A DNA stretch of 64,000 nt from Actinomycetota bacterium (GCA_050696355.1 JBOGVD010000098.1:20494-84493), one strand, 5' to 3'; positions 27,000 to 36,697 are shown, counted from the first letter of the stretch. Notes: generated by a model from the sequence alone, not told the origin. Translations and numbers: made by a program.

Positions 27000-28718
27000 T
27001 CAGACGATCGCGGCGCGGATCGTGAACGTCCGGTTCTCGTCCACCGGCGTACCGCCGAAACAGGCGTACGGCGTCAGACCCGAGAAGCAGTTGCGATACC
27101 GGGTGCTCGCGTTCGTGGCGATCAGGACCACCCGCGCGACGGTGCGGTCGAAGCCCACGGTGATCGCGCCGTTCCCCGAGCGGTTCAGGAGGATCGGCTT
27201 GGCATTCGCCTTTCCCGACCGTCGGATCACCAGGACACTCGCCTCCGGTCCGGTCGCGTCTGCGGGACCGTCCACCACCACCCGGAGCCTCGCGGTCGCC
27301 TTCACGCCGGCACCGCGCCGCACCGCCAGGAAGCGGTTCGTGAGGTGGTCGAGGGCCGCGGTCGAACGCGTCGACGGAGCCGCGCGGGTGAGGGTCACGG
27401 TCCTCGCCACCGGCGCGGTCCGATACGCCCTGCCTTCGTCGTAGAACTTGGCGGGACGCGCGTTCCAGACCCCGAAGTCCGCGAACGCCCACCGGAGGCG
27501 CCACGGGATGCCGTCGATCCTCCGGGCGCCCACCGCCATCCTCAGTGCCCGGGTCGAATACATGTCGGGCGCACCCTGGCGCCCGTCGGCTCGCTTCCAC
27601 ACCTGACGGACGATGGTGGCATCCGGCACGGCGCCACCCAGGTACTCCGTGAGGAACCCCCAGAAGATCCACGCGCCGTACACACGGAGTCCGGTGTCCC
27701 TGTCCAGCGGGATCATCGGCTGCCCGAGGGGGCTGCCGACGAGGTACTGACGGTTGTCGTTGATCCCGTCGTAGACGCGCTCCTCCATCCACGTCGCGGT
27801 GCTCTCCATCAGCCAGACGTCCTCGGCGATGTCGTAGCCGAACTGCACCGCGTGGAAGAACTCGTGCGCGGCGGTCACCTTGAGCGGGTGCAGCCGGTTC
27901 GGGTACCCGAACTGGCTGAACCGGTAGTCGTCGTCGAGCACGCAGTACGCGGACATGTCCCAGAACTTGTACGAGGAGTCCAGGTGCGGGTCGTCGCTGG
28001 CGCAGTAGCCGTAGATGCCCTCGTCCCCGATATCGACGAGGTAGACGTCGAGGCGGGCGTCGCCTCCGTTCTCCGGCGAGGAGGTCGCATCCGGCTTGGG
28101 CGGCCGGTAGCCGTGCCCGTCGACCTCGACTGCCCAGACCGCCTCCATGATCGTCGACACCGTCTCGACGTGGTCGGGCGCCGGACCTCCGGAGACGTTG
28201 CGGAGCGGCGGGTGATCGGGGGTCGATCCGACGTAGTGCACGCACGTGTGCGCGCCACAGACCGGGAGCTCCTCCGGCACGGCGTACGCGTGACCGAACG
28301 GATCTACGACCTCGCTCGGACGGGCGAGGATCCGGTGCGCCTCTCGCCGTTGCTCGGGCGCGAGCTGCCCCAGGCGCAGGGCGAGGTCCCGGAGCACGAG
28401 CGTCGCGGACCGCGGATCCGGCCGGGCGACGGCGCCGAACCTCGCCCGGACCCGCGCCACGTCGAAGAGGGACGCGGCTCGCTCGAGGGCGTACCGCCCC
28501 GCCGAGATCTGGTCCTGGGCGAGCGCGCGGCTCAGCGCATCCGGGACCGCCGGGGCGAGGAGTGGGGGGAGCCGCTTGGTCCCCGGCGGCGCGTCGAGGC
28601 GATAGGAGGGATCCCTCCCGGCACCGCGCGCGACCGGCGTCGCCACCGCGGACCCAACCATGGACGCGCCCACGAGGAGCAGGGACGCGACGACCGCGGC
28701 GGTCGCTCGATGCAGCAT
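27000..28718 (-). CDS. Secreted putative zinc metalloprotease (HExxH...E gluzincin-like), family uncertain
   Basis: 572 aa with a signal peptide. HEFFHAVQFGYD followed by WLMESTATWMEE. Confidence 0.55.
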   Translation of the reverse strand: MLHRATAAVVASLLLVGASMVGSAVATPVARGAGRDPSYRLDAPPGTKRLPPLLAPAVPDALSRALAQDQISAGRYALERAASLFDVARVRARFGAVARPDPRSATLVLRDLALRLGQLAPEQRREAHRILARPSEVVDPFGHAYAVPEELPVCGAHTCVHYVGSTPDHPPLRNVSGGPAPDHVETVSTIMEAVWAVEVDGHGYRPPKPDATSSPENGGDARLDVYLVDIGDEGIYGYCASDDPHLDSSYKFWDMSAYCVLDDDYRFSQFGYPNRLHPLKVTAAHEFFHAVQFGYDIAEDVWLMESTATWMEERVYDGINDNRQYLVGSPLGQPMIPLDRDTGLRVYGAWIFWGFLTEYLGGAVPDATIVRQVWKRADGRQGAPDMYSTRALRMAVGARRIDGIPWRLRWAFADFGVWNARPAKFYDEGRAYRTAPVARTVTLTRAAPSTRSTAALDHLTNRFLAVRRGAGVKATARLRVVVDGPADATGPEASVLVIRRSGKANAKPILLNRSGNGAITVGFDRTVARVVLIATNASTRYRNCFSGLTPYACFGGTPVDENRTFTIRAAIV

Positions 28719-28758
28719 CAGCGCAACCTATCGCTGGGCGTCAAGGAGTCAAGCCCGC

Positions 28759-29466
28759 TCACGTGAGCGCGACATCGACGAGGATCAGCTCCGTCGTCTC
28801 GGTGGCTCGGATCGAGACCGACGACACGTCCCAGATCTCGGCGGCGTCGCCCGTCTCCATCCCCTCTCCGGCGATCTCGGCGGCGCCGTCGATCACGTAC
28901 CCGTACGCGCCGCGGCCCTGGGGCAGCTCGTGGGAGACCTCGGCGCCGGCATGCAGCCTCGAGACGAAGACGTGCGCGTCTTGATGGACGAGCACGGCGT
29001 CGCCACCGTCGCCGCTGATCGCTCTCAGGAGGCGGCCGGTGCGATCGGCCTCCGTGAACACCTTCTGTTGCACGCCCGGCTCCAGCCCGCGCTCGGCCGG
29101 CACGATCCACATCTGGATGAACCGCATCGGCTCCGAGGTGCTCGCGTTCTGCTCCGAGTGGCGGGCGCCGCGCCCCAGCGTCATCCGCTGGACGGATCCC
29201 GCGGGCAACGGACCGGGCTCCCCGCCGACATCGTCCTCGTGGCGGAACGACCCCTCGACCACGTAGGTCAGGCCCTCGATGTCCCGATGGGGATGCATCG
29301 GCCAGATCGCGCCCGGCACCAGCCGGTCGTCGTTGAAGACGCGGAGCGTCCCGAACCGGACGTAGTCCGGATCGACGTAGGTGTCGAAGGAGAAGTGCCA
29401 TCGTGCGCGGAACCAGCCCCCGTCCACGTCGGAGATCTCGGCATCCCGCCGGATCTTGACCGTCAC
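28759..29466 (-). CDS. Pirin-family cupin protein
   Basis: 235 aa. HPHRDIEGLTYVVEGSFRHEDDVGG... matches pirin N- and C-terminal cupin motifs. Confidence 0.85.
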   Translation of the reverse strand: MTVKIRRDAEISDVDGGWFRARWHFSFDTYVDPDYVRFGTLRVFNDDRLVPGAIWPMHPHRDIEGLTYVVEGSFRHEDDVGGEPGPLPAGSVQRMTLGRGARHSEQNASTSEPMRFIQMWIVPAERGLEPGVQQKVFTEADRTGRLLRAISGDGGDAVLVHQDAHVFVSRLHAGAEVSHELPQGRGAYGYVIDGAAEIAGEGMETGDAAEIWDVSSVSIRATETTELILVDVALT

Positions 29467-29491
29467 CGTGGCGCGGGCCTCCGTCCGCCGA

Positions 29492-29725
29492 TCACAACTG
29501 GATGACCGGACAGGTGAGCGTTCTCGTGATGCCGTCCAGCTCCTGCATCGGCATGACCGTTCCCTTGGCGAGCCCGTCGAGGTCGTCCGCCTCCGCTCGC
29601 GCGACCACGTCGTACGGACCGGTCACCGGGTCGACGGCCACGACGCCGCCGATGCCGCTCACCTGCTGGGTCACCTGCGCGGCCTTCCCGACCTCGGTCT
29701 GGATGAGGATGTAGGCGCTCACCAT
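29492..29725 (-). CDS. Stand-alone Lrp/AsnC-type ligand-binding (RAM) domain protein
   Basis: 77 aa: MVSAYILIQTEVGKAAQVTQQVSGIGGVVAVDPVTGPYDVVARAEADDLDGLAKGTVMPMQELDGITRTLTCPVIQL. A GAGGAGG SD lies 5 nt upstream of the ATG and overlaps the end of the preceding small gene. Confidence 0.65.
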   Translation of the reverse strand: MVSAYILIQTEVGKAAQVTQQVSGIGGVVAVDPVTGPYDVVARAEADDLDGLAKGTVMPMQELDGITRTLTCPVIQL

Positions 29726-29735
29726 CGGATCCTCC

Positions 29736-29975
29736 TCATGTCGCGTTCTCGTCCTTGCCACCGAGCCTGTCTCTCGCCTTGTCGACGAGCTCGCCAGCGG
29801 ACTCCTTGGCTTTCTCCATCGCGGGTCCGGCCTTCTCGGCCATGGTGCCCGCGACCTCCTTCGCCTTCTCCATGGCGGGTCCGGCCTTCTCGGCGACCGT
29901 GCCCGCGACCTCCTTCGCCTTGTCGACGAGGCCGGCGACCGGCTGTTCGTCGGATCCGTTCGTGTTGTCTGGCAT
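29736..29975 (-). CDS. Small CsbD/LEA-like stress protein with 13-aa tandem repeats
   Basis: 79 aa: ...KAKEVAGTVAEKAGPAMEKAKEVAGTMAEKAGPAMEKAKESAGELVDKARDRL. Translationally coupled to the RAM-domain gene. Confidence 0.6.
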   Translation of the reverse strand: MPDNTNGSDEQPVAGLVDKAKEVAGTVAEKAGPAMEKAKEVAGTMAEKAGPAMEKAKESAGELVDKARDRLGGKDENAT

Positions 29976-30060
29976 CGATCCACACCTCCCGGTGGGGGTC
30001 CGGAGCGCTCATCGTGTCACGGCGGAGCACTTCGCTGCAAAGCGCGCAGGTCAGTGCGTC

Positions 30061-31338
30061 TCACACCCGTCCCGGCTCCGGGGCGACCTCCTCGCCCGCG
30101 GGGAGCGGCTCGTGGAGCGGGGAGTCGAGCTCCGGCGTCCGAAGCGCCACCATCGCGGCGACCCCACCGCACAGGGCGAGGATCGAGGACCCGACGAACA
30201 GCGTCGTTGACCCCAGGCGGTCGAACACGAAGCCTCCGAGGCCGGCGCCGATCACGGGGCCGATGCCGAAGCCCACCATCCCCGCGATCGAGTTGCCGCT
30301 CGAGTAGAGGGACGGCGGGAGCAGCTTCCCCACCACCAGGATCGACGTCGTGAAGAGCAGGGAGAAGCCGGCGCCCTCGAAGACGGCGAGGATCGACACG
30401 ATCGTCGTGTCGTCGACCAGTCCCCACAGGAGGAACCCGATCGCGTAGATCAGGCAGCCGAACGCGTAGACCTTCCGAAGCCCGATCCGCCGGTGGAACC
30501 GGGAGGAAAGGCGCATCACGCCGACCTCCATGAGCCCCCCGAGGGCCGTTCCGACACCGATCAGGAGCGGCTCCTCGATCTTCAGGCCCACGAAATTCCA
30601 CGCGCCGTTGAAGCCGGTCCACACGAGGAGCGTCGCCGCGAGGAACCCCCAGAAGCGCGGGGCGGTGCGGAACACGGCACCGACGGCACCGAGACGCCCG
30701 TGTCGCTCGGGGTCCTTGGGACGATCCGATCGGACGGCCACCGTGGCCCACACGAACATCAGCGCGCCGGTCGCGGCGTAGAGCGGGAGGGCGAGCGTCA
30801 CACCGTTCAGATCCAGGAGCCAGCCGAACAGCAGACACCCGGCGGCGTATGACAGGCTCTCCCACCCGCGGATCCGGCCGTATTCGGACATCCTCCCCTC
30901 GCCGAGCTGGACCAGCGCGAGCGCGTCGACGTTGGGGCCCGAGGCGGCCATCGCGATCGCGATGCCGACCGCGCCGAACGCGACGCCCACCAAGGAGTCG
31001 AGCACCGATGCGACGACGCCGAACGCGACCATCCCCACGAGCCCGAGCTGCAGCGCCCGCTTACGGCCGATCCGCGTGTCCGCGACGTGCCCCCAGATCG
31101 GCATCGCCACGATCCGCACCAGCGCCATGGCGCTCAACAGCAGGCCGATCTCGTCGGCGTCGAAGCCGCGGCCCGAGAGATACACGGACAGGAACGGGAA
31201 GAACGAAGCGACGATCAACCCGAAAGAGAGGAAGAGTCCGAGGACGGCGGCTGCGGGCGTGATGCCCGCGGCGACCGGTCTCCTCATCCGGCGGAGTGTA
31301 GCCATGCCTCCCGACGGACCGACCGATCCGACGAGCAC
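30061..31338 (-). CDS. MFS transporter
   Basis: 425 aa, 12 predicted TM helices. MFS motif GHVADTRIGRKRAL between TM2 and TM3. Confidence 0.85.
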   Translation of the reverse strand: MLVGSVGPSGGMATLRRMRRPVAAGITPAAAVLGLFLSFGLIVASFFPFLSVYLSGRGFDADEIGLLLSAMALVRIVAMPIWGHVADTRIGRKRALQLGLVGMVAFGVVASVLDSLVGVAFGAVGIAIAMAASGPNVDALALVQLGEGRMSEYGRIRGWESLSYAAGCLLFGWLLDLNGVTLALPLYAATGALMFVWATVAVRSDRPKDPERHGRLGAVGAVFRTAPRFWGFLAATLLVWTGFNGAWNFVGLKIEEPLLIGVGTALGGLMEVGVMRLSSRFHRRIGLRKVYAFGCLIYAIGFLLWGLVDDTTIVSILAVFEGAGFSLLFTTSILVVGKLLPPSLYSSGNSIAGMVGFGIGPVIGAGLGGFVFDRLGSTTLFVGSSILALCGGVAAMVALRTPELDSPLHEPLPAGEEVAPEPGRV

Positions 31339-31350
31339 GCCGCCCCGCGG

Positions 31351-31851
31351 CTACAGAGCCTTCGAGAGGATCAGGACGTCCTGCTCCGAGCCCTCGCGGA
31401 GCGGCTCGCGATCGCTCGTCTGGCGGAAGCCGCACACCTCGTAGAAGCGCCTCGCCACCGTGTTGGACTCGCTCACCGACAGGACGACGCGATCGCAGCC
31501 GCGCTCGCGGCCCCACCCCTCGACGGCCTCCAGGAGGGCCCGGCCCAGCCCAGCCCCGCGCGCGTCCGGCGCGACCCACATCGCGTACACGTGCGCCACG
31601 CGCGGCTCCGCCTCGTAGCCCGCGCCGGTGGCCGTGCCCACGACGACGTCGTCGTCGTTCCGGCCGACGAAGACCGCCGCGACGCCGCCACGCTACCGTC
31701 CCGCCGTCCAGTCACGCCGGGCCTGCTCGGGCTGAGACGACTCGGCGCCGTACGTGGACCCGAACGCGTCGGGGCTCTCCAGGAGCGAACGGAGGCGAAC
31801 CTCGCGGAACGCGGCCCAGTCGGCCTCATCGACCCGCTCGACGCGAGCCAT
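31351..31851 (-). pseudogene. GNAT-family N-acetyltransferase interrupted by an in-frame amber codon (TAG at 31693-31695)
   Basis: Same frame throughout: MARVERVDEADWAAFREVRLRSLLESPDAFG...RDWTAGR-TAG-RGGVAAVFVGRNDDDVVVGTATG...GAGLGRALLEAVEGWGRERGCDRVVLSVSESNTVARRFYEVCGFRQ (acetyl-CoA-binding motif A). Confidence 0.65.
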
Positions 31852-32790
31852 CTAGACGAGGCGCACGTCGGCCCTCGCCGCGAGCGCCACGGCGCGGGCG
31901 GGATCCAGCCTGGCCGCGCCCGGGAGCTCGGCGTTGGCCGCGCCCGCGCCGAGCGCCACCCGGAGCGCGTCGTCCCACGTGCGTCCCCGGTCGAGGGCCA
32001 TCACGAGCCCCGCGAGGAAGGCGTCACCGCTCCCCACCGGATACCTGCCTCGCACGTACAGCACGCCTTCGTACCGCGTGCCGTCGGGCACCGCGAGCAT
32101 CACCCCCTCCGCGCCGCGCGTGACGATGCCCGCGTGCCCGTCACCGCCGGCGAGATCGCGGAGCTTGGCCGCCGCCGCGAGGGAGTCGCTGCGGCGAGCC
32201 GTCGGCACGCCGAGCAGCTCGCCCGCCTCCGCCACGTTCACCTTGACGACGTCCGGGCGCGCCGTCAGCGCGGTGCTCAGCCGCTCCCCCTCGGAGTCGA
32301 GCGCCACGCGCGCCCCGCGGCCACGCGCCTCTTCGATCAGATCCCGGTAGCCCTCGTCGGGCGCCCCACGCGGCATCGAGCCCGAGATCGTCAGCCAATC
32401 GCCTCGCCCGTACCGCGTGGCGGCCGCATGCATCAGCTCGGCCCAGGCTGCGTCGGGCGCGACCGCGCCATGCTCGTAGAACTCGGTGAGCCCGGCCGTC
32501 TCCCGGTCGGCGACCGACAGCGACGAGCGGTTCTCTCCATGGGTCCAGACGAACTCGCCCTCGACGCCTTCGGCCCCGAGCGCCTCGCCAAGCCATCGCC
32601 CGCTGTGCCCACGGAGCAGCGTCACCGCGCACACGTCGGCGCCGAGCGAACGTGCAGCGCGCGCGACGTTCAACCCCTTGCCGCCCGCGACCTGCACGAA
32701 GCCGGAAGGTCGATGGATGTCCCCTTGCACGAGTCGTTCGACCTCGAAGAGACGATCGACCGAAGGGTTCGCCGCGAGACAGACGATCAT
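31852..32790 (-). CDS. PfkB-family sugar kinase (1-phosphofructokinase / tagatose-6-phosphate kinase-like)
   Basis: 312 aa. FruK/LacC-like N-terminus (NPSVDRLFEV...AGGKGLNVARA). C-terminal GxGDAF (VGSGDAFLAG). Confidence 0.8.
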   Translation of the reverse strand: MIVCLAANPSVDRLFEVERLVQGDIHRPSGFVQVAGGKGLNVARAARSLGADVCAVTLLRGHSGRWLGEALGAEGVEGEFVWTHGENRSSLSVADRETAGLTEFYEHGAVAPDAAWAELMHAAATRYGRGDWLTISGSMPRGAPDEGYRDLIEEARGRGARVALDSEGERLSTALTARPDVVKVNVAEAGELLGVPTARRSDSLAAAAKLRDLAGGDGHAGIVTRGAEGVMLAVPDGTRYEGVLYVRGRYPVGSGDAFLAGLVMALDRGRTWDDALRVALGAGAANAELPGAARLDPARAVALAARADVRLV

Positions 32791-32807
32791 CGACCTACGA
32801 TAGACGC

Positions 32808-33320
32808 ATGCTCCGCATCGTTCTGGTCGAGGGCGACATCACGGCGCAGCAGGTCGACGCGATCGTGAACGCGGCGAACTCCACGTTGCTCGGCGGTGGC
32901 GGGGTGGACGGCGCGATCCATCGGGCGGGCGGCCCGGCGATCCTCGAGGCATGCCGGCGGATCCGCTCGACCGACTGGCCGGCGGGTCTCCCGACCGGAC
33001 GAGCGGTGGCGACGACGGGCGGCGACCTCCCGGCTCGACACGTCATCCATACGGTGGGCCCGATCTACGCGGAGGACGACGATCCCCCGGCCCTGCTCGC
33101 GAGCTGTCACACCGAGTCGCTCCGCGTGGCCGACGAGCTCGGCGCGGCCACCGTCGCGTTCCCCGCGATCTCGACCGGTGCGTTCGGGTACCCGCTGGAC
33201 GAGGCGGCGACCGTGGCGATCGAGGCGGCGCGCACGGCGGACACGGCCGTGCGCGAGGTTCGCTTCGTGCTGTTCGATACCGGGACGCACGCCGCGTTCG
33301 CCCGGGCGCTCGGATCCTGA
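32808..33320 (+). CDS. Macro-domain protein (O-acetyl-ADP-ribose deacetylase / ADP-ribose binding)
   Basis: 170 aa. LVEGDITAQQVDAIVNAANSTLLGGGGVDGAIHRAGG... is the canonical macro-domain signature. Start at ATG 32808, downstream of the ORF-finder start. Confidence 0.85.
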   Translation: MLRIVLVEGDITAQQVDAIVNAANSTLLGGGGVDGAIHRAGGPAILEACRRIRSTDWPAGLPTGRAVATTGGDLPARHVIHTVGPIYAEDDDPPALLASCHTESLRVADELGAATVAFPAISTGAFGYPLDEAATVAIEAARTADTAVREVRFVLFDTGTHAAFARALGS

Positions 33321-33352
33321 GGCGTTCGGCAGCCCGCTGTTAGCATCGAGTC

Positions 33353-33688
33353 ATGGCCGATCTGAGCACGGTCGAAGGTGTCCACGAGTCCCTCGACGAC
33401 ATCCAGCTCGTGGACTGCCGGGAACAGTACGAGTGGGACGCGGGACGCATCGAAGGAGCACTCCACATCCCCCTGAACGACGTGATGTCCGGCGTCGGGG
33501 CCGACGTGCTCGACATCGCGAAGCCCGTCGCGGTGATCTGCCGGACCGGCAACCGCAGCGAGCTCGCGTCGATGATGCTCCAGGCCCGCGGATACGACGC
33601 CACGAACGTCGAGGGCGGCATGGAGGCCTGGGCGGCGGCCGGCTACGGGTTCTCCGCTCCCGGCGGCGGGCCGAGCCAGGTGGCGTGA
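33353..33688 (+). CDS. Single-domain rhodanese (sulfurtransferase)
   Basis: 111 aa. Active-site loop VICRTGNRS (CRxGxR). Confidence 0.85.
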   Translation: MADLSTVEGVHESLDDIQLVDCREQYEWDAGRIEGALHIPLNDVMSGVGADVLDIAKPVAVICRTGNRSELASMMLQARGYDATNVEGGMEAWAAAGYGFSAPGGGPSQVA

Positions 33689-33698
33689 GCCGGAGGGC

Positions 33699-34133
33699 TC
33701 AGCCGGCCGGGCGCCAGCGCCGGTAGACCGGGGCGTCCCCCTCGTAGGTCGTGGCGACGGCCTCGTCCACGGACATCGCGAAGAACGCGCGCGGGAACGG
33801 CGCCTCCTCCGTGATCGCCTGAGCGCCGGGGTGCCGATCCGAGATCCGCTCCATCCAGCCGCGGACGAGGAACTCGCCCCCCTCTCCCTCCAAGTTGTCC
33901 ATCGGCGAGTGGAGCGCGTAGCGGCCGTCGCGGAGCACCTCGGCCACCTTCGGGCTGTGGCCGCGGAACCGCACGAGCAGGAGCCCCGCGGCGATCCACG
34001 CCTCGATCGGATGGACCCGCGGCGACCCGTCGGCTCGGAGCGTGGCGTGGAAGCAGACCTGGTGGTGAAGGCGCGCCCGCCCGAAGGCCGCCAGCTCCGG
34101 ATCGGCGAGCTCGAACTCCGCCCAGGTCGCCAT
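33699..34133 (-). CDS. Pyridoxamine 5'-phosphate oxidase-family (FMN-binding split barrel) protein
   Basis: 144 aa with a PNPOx-like fold pattern (..HATLRADGSPRVHPI..). Confidence 0.6.
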   Translation of the reverse strand: MATWAEFELADPELAAFGRARLHHQVCFHATLRADGSPRVHPIEAWIAAGLLLVRFRGHSPKVAEVLRDGRYALHSPMDNLEGEGGEFLVRGWMERISDRHPGAQAITEEAPFPRAFFAMSVDEAVATTYEGDAPVYRRWRPAG

Positions 34134-34154
34134 CGCGGCCTACCCTAGCCCTCG

Positions 34155-35657
34155 ATGGGGAGCCTGGAGGCGGTGCGCCGCGAGCTCGAGGGGTCGTTGG
34201 GCGCCGACGCGGTCCTTTCCGATCCGCTGGCCCTCCGCCTGTACGCCCGCGACGCGTCGATGGTCGAGGGGACCGCGGGGCTCGTGGTGTTCCCTCGATC
34301 GACGGCCGACGTCGCGGTGTGCGTGCGCGCTGCGGCGGACCACGACCTGAGCATCGTGCCGCGTGGGAGCGGCACGGGGCTCGCGGGCGGGTCGACGCCG
34401 ATCGGCGACGCGCTCGTCGTCGTCACGTCGAAGATGAACCGGATCGTCGAGATCCGGACCGAGGATCGGCTCGCGTGGGTCGAGCCGGGGCTCTTCAACC
34501 TCGATCTCGGAACGGCGCTCCGCGGGAGCGGCTTCACCTACATGCCCGACCCCTCCTCGCAACAGGTGTCGTCGATCGGCGGCAACGTGGGGACGAACGC
34601 GGGCGGGCCGCACTGCCTCGCGTACGGGGTCACGTCGGCGCACGTGCTGGCACTCGATGTCGTCCTCGCCGACGGATCCGTGGCGCGCGTCGGATCGGAG
34701 GGGCCGGGATCGGCCGGCTACGACCTCCGAGGGCTCGTCGTGGGCTCGGAGGGGACGCTCGGGCTCGTCGCCGCCGTCTGCGTGCGCCTGACCCCAGAGC
34801 CGCCGGCGATCACGACGATGCTGATGGACTTCGCCACGGTGGAGGACTGCGCGACCACGGTCTCCGCGATCATCGCGCGGGGGGTCGTGCCCGCGGCGCT
34901 CGAGATGATGGACCAGGGCATCGTGCGGGCGGTGGAGTCCTTCGCGCACGCGGGCTACCCGACCGACGCGGCGGCCGTGCTGTTGGTCGAGGTGGATGGG
35001 ATCGAGGCCGGGGTCGAGGCCGAGACCCGAGAGGTCGAGGCCGCCGCGCGCGAGCACGGGGTGGGCGCGATCCGCGTGGCCGATTCCCCCGAGGAACGCG
35101 CGCTCCTGTGGAAGGGACGGAAGTCCGCGTTCGGCGCGATCGCGCAGATCGCGCCCCATTACCACCTCCACGATTGCGTCGTGCCGCGGACGAAGCTCGT
35201 CGAGGTGCTCACCGGCGTCTACGCGATCTGCCGTCGCGAAGCCATCACGGTCACCAACGTGTTCCACGCGGGCGACGGGAACCTGCACCCGCTCCTCTCC
35301 TTCGACCGGACTGAGCCGGGCATCCTCGAGCGCGTGCTCCGGACGTCGGAGGAGATCGTCCGGCTCTGCGTGGACGCGGGCGGCTCGCTCTCGGGGGAGC
35401 ACGGTATCGGACTCGAGAAGCGGGACTTCATGCCGCTGGTGTTCACCGAGGGTGACCTGGAGGCGCAGGCGTGCGTCCGGAGTGCGTTCGACCCCACGGG
35501 CCTGATGAACCCGCAGAAGGTGTTGCCCGACGGCGCCCGCTGCGGGGACTTCGCCGTCGCCGCGGCGGAAACGGGCGCGGCCGGGATCGGGGACGCTGCC
35601 GGGATCGGGGACGCCGCTCGAGCCGGCTCCGCCATACCGGAGGGCACGTGGATCTGA
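34155..35657 (+). CDS. glcD: FAD-linked oxidase, glycolate oxidase subunit GlcD-like
   Basis: 500 aa. FAD-binding PCMH domain (VVFPRSTADVAVCVRAAADHDLSIVPRGSGTGLAGG) plus the C-terminal FAD-oxidase domain. Confidence 0.85.
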   Translation: MGSLEAVRRELEGSLGADAVLSDPLALRLYARDASMVEGTAGLVVFPRSTADVAVCVRAAADHDLSIVPRGSGTGLAGGSTPIGDALVVVTSKMNRIVEIRTEDRLAWVEPGLFNLDLGTALRGSGFTYMPDPSSQQVSSIGGNVGTNAGGPHCLAYGVTSAHVLALDVVLADGSVARVGSEGPGSAGYDLRGLVVGSEGTLGLVAAVCVRLTPEPPAITTMLMDFATVEDCATTVSAIIARGVVPAALEMMDQGIVRAVESFAHAGYPTDAAAVLLVEVDGIEAGVEAETREVEAAAREHGVGAIRVADSPEERALLWKGRKSAFGAIAQIAPHYHLHDCVVPRTKLVEVLTGVYAICRREAITVTNVFHAGDGNLHPLLSFDRTEPGILERVLRTSEEIVRLCVDAGGSLSGEHGIGLEKRDFMPLVFTEGDLEAQACVRSAFDPTGLMNPQKVLPDGARCGDFAVAAAETGAAGIGDAAGIGDAARAGSAIPEGTWI

Positions 35658-36697
35658 TCGCACCGGGTTCGAGGGAGGAGATCGGCCGAGCGCTCCGCGC
35701 CGCGAGCGAGCGGGTGCACCCCGTGGCGATCGTCGGCGGACGCACACACGTGGACAAGGGGAACCCTTCCTCCGTCGATCTGGAGCTCTCCACCGCCGGC
35801 CTGGATCGCGTGATCGCGTACGACCCCGAGGAGATGCTCGCCGTCGTGGAAGGGGGCGTCCGGATCGATGCGCTTCGACGGGTGCTCGCGGACGGTGGGC
35901 AGGAATGGCCCTCGGACGCGCCCGATTCCGCGACCGTCGGCGGGACGATCGCCACCGCCCCGTCGTCCCCGCGACAGCTCCGGATGGGGCCGCTCCGCGA
36001 CACCGTCGTCGAGATGGAGCTCGTCACCGGCGACGGCCGAACGGTGCGCAGCGGCGCGCGGACCGTCAAGAGCGTGCAGGGCTACGACCTCCATCGCCTC
36101 GCGACCGGATCGATCGGGACGCTCGGCGCGATCGTCCAGGTGGCGGTGAAGGTCCGGCCGCTCCCGAAGGCGAGGCGGGTGGCCGTCACGTCCGAGGGCG
36201 GACTCGGTGCCGGACGGGCCGTGCTCGACGCCGTCCCGCTCCCCTCCGCGGTCGTGGCGACGCCCGACCGGATCGAGCTCGCCCTCGAGGGATGGCCCGA
36301 GGAGATCGAGGAGCAGACCACCACGATCCACCGTGCCGTCCGCGTCGCGGAGATCCGCGAGGGCGGGGCGGTCCCGGGTCCGGAGGCGATCACGACGGCC
36401 GTCGTCGCCGAGGTCGCGGTGGCACCGTCGAGGTTGGAAGCCGTCCTCGGCGGCGAGGACGACTGGCGCGCGCTGGTCGGCGTCGGGATCGCGTGGGTGG
36501 GCCTCCCCGGCGACGGCGAGCGTCTCGCGGCGCTGCGGAAGCGCGTCGCCGAAGCCGGGGGCATCGCACCGGTGATCCGCGGTCCCGGCGGCCTCGGCGA
36601 CGCGCCGGTCGCCGCGCTCGACGTCCACCGCCGGCTCAAGGCCGCGTTCGATCCCGCCAACATCCTGGCGCCGGGCCGCTTCTGGACCGGCCTGTAG
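35648..36697 (+). CDS. glcE: Glycolate oxidase FAD-binding subunit GlcE-like
   Basis: ~349 aa from GTG 35648, overlapping the glcD stop. FAD-binding domain (HPVAIVGGRTHVDKG...) but shorter than GlcD, as expected for GlcE. Confidence 0.75.
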   Translation: MDLIAPGSREEIGRALRAASERVHPVAIVGGRTHVDKGNPSSVDLELSTAGLDRVIAYDPEEMLAVVEGGVRIDALRRVLADGGQEWPSDAPDSATVGGTIATAPSSPRQLRMGPLRDTVVEMELVTGDGRTVRSGARTVKSVQGYDLHRLATGSIGTLGAIVQVAVKVRPLPKARRVAVTSEGGLGAGRAVLDAVPLPSAVVATPDRIELALEGWPEEIEEQTTTIHRAVRVAEIREGGAVPGPEAITTAVVAEVAVAPSRLEAVLGGEDDWRALVGVGIAWVGLPGDGERLAALRKRVAEAGGIAPVIRGPGGLGDAPVAALDVHRRLKAAFDPANILAPGRFWTGL

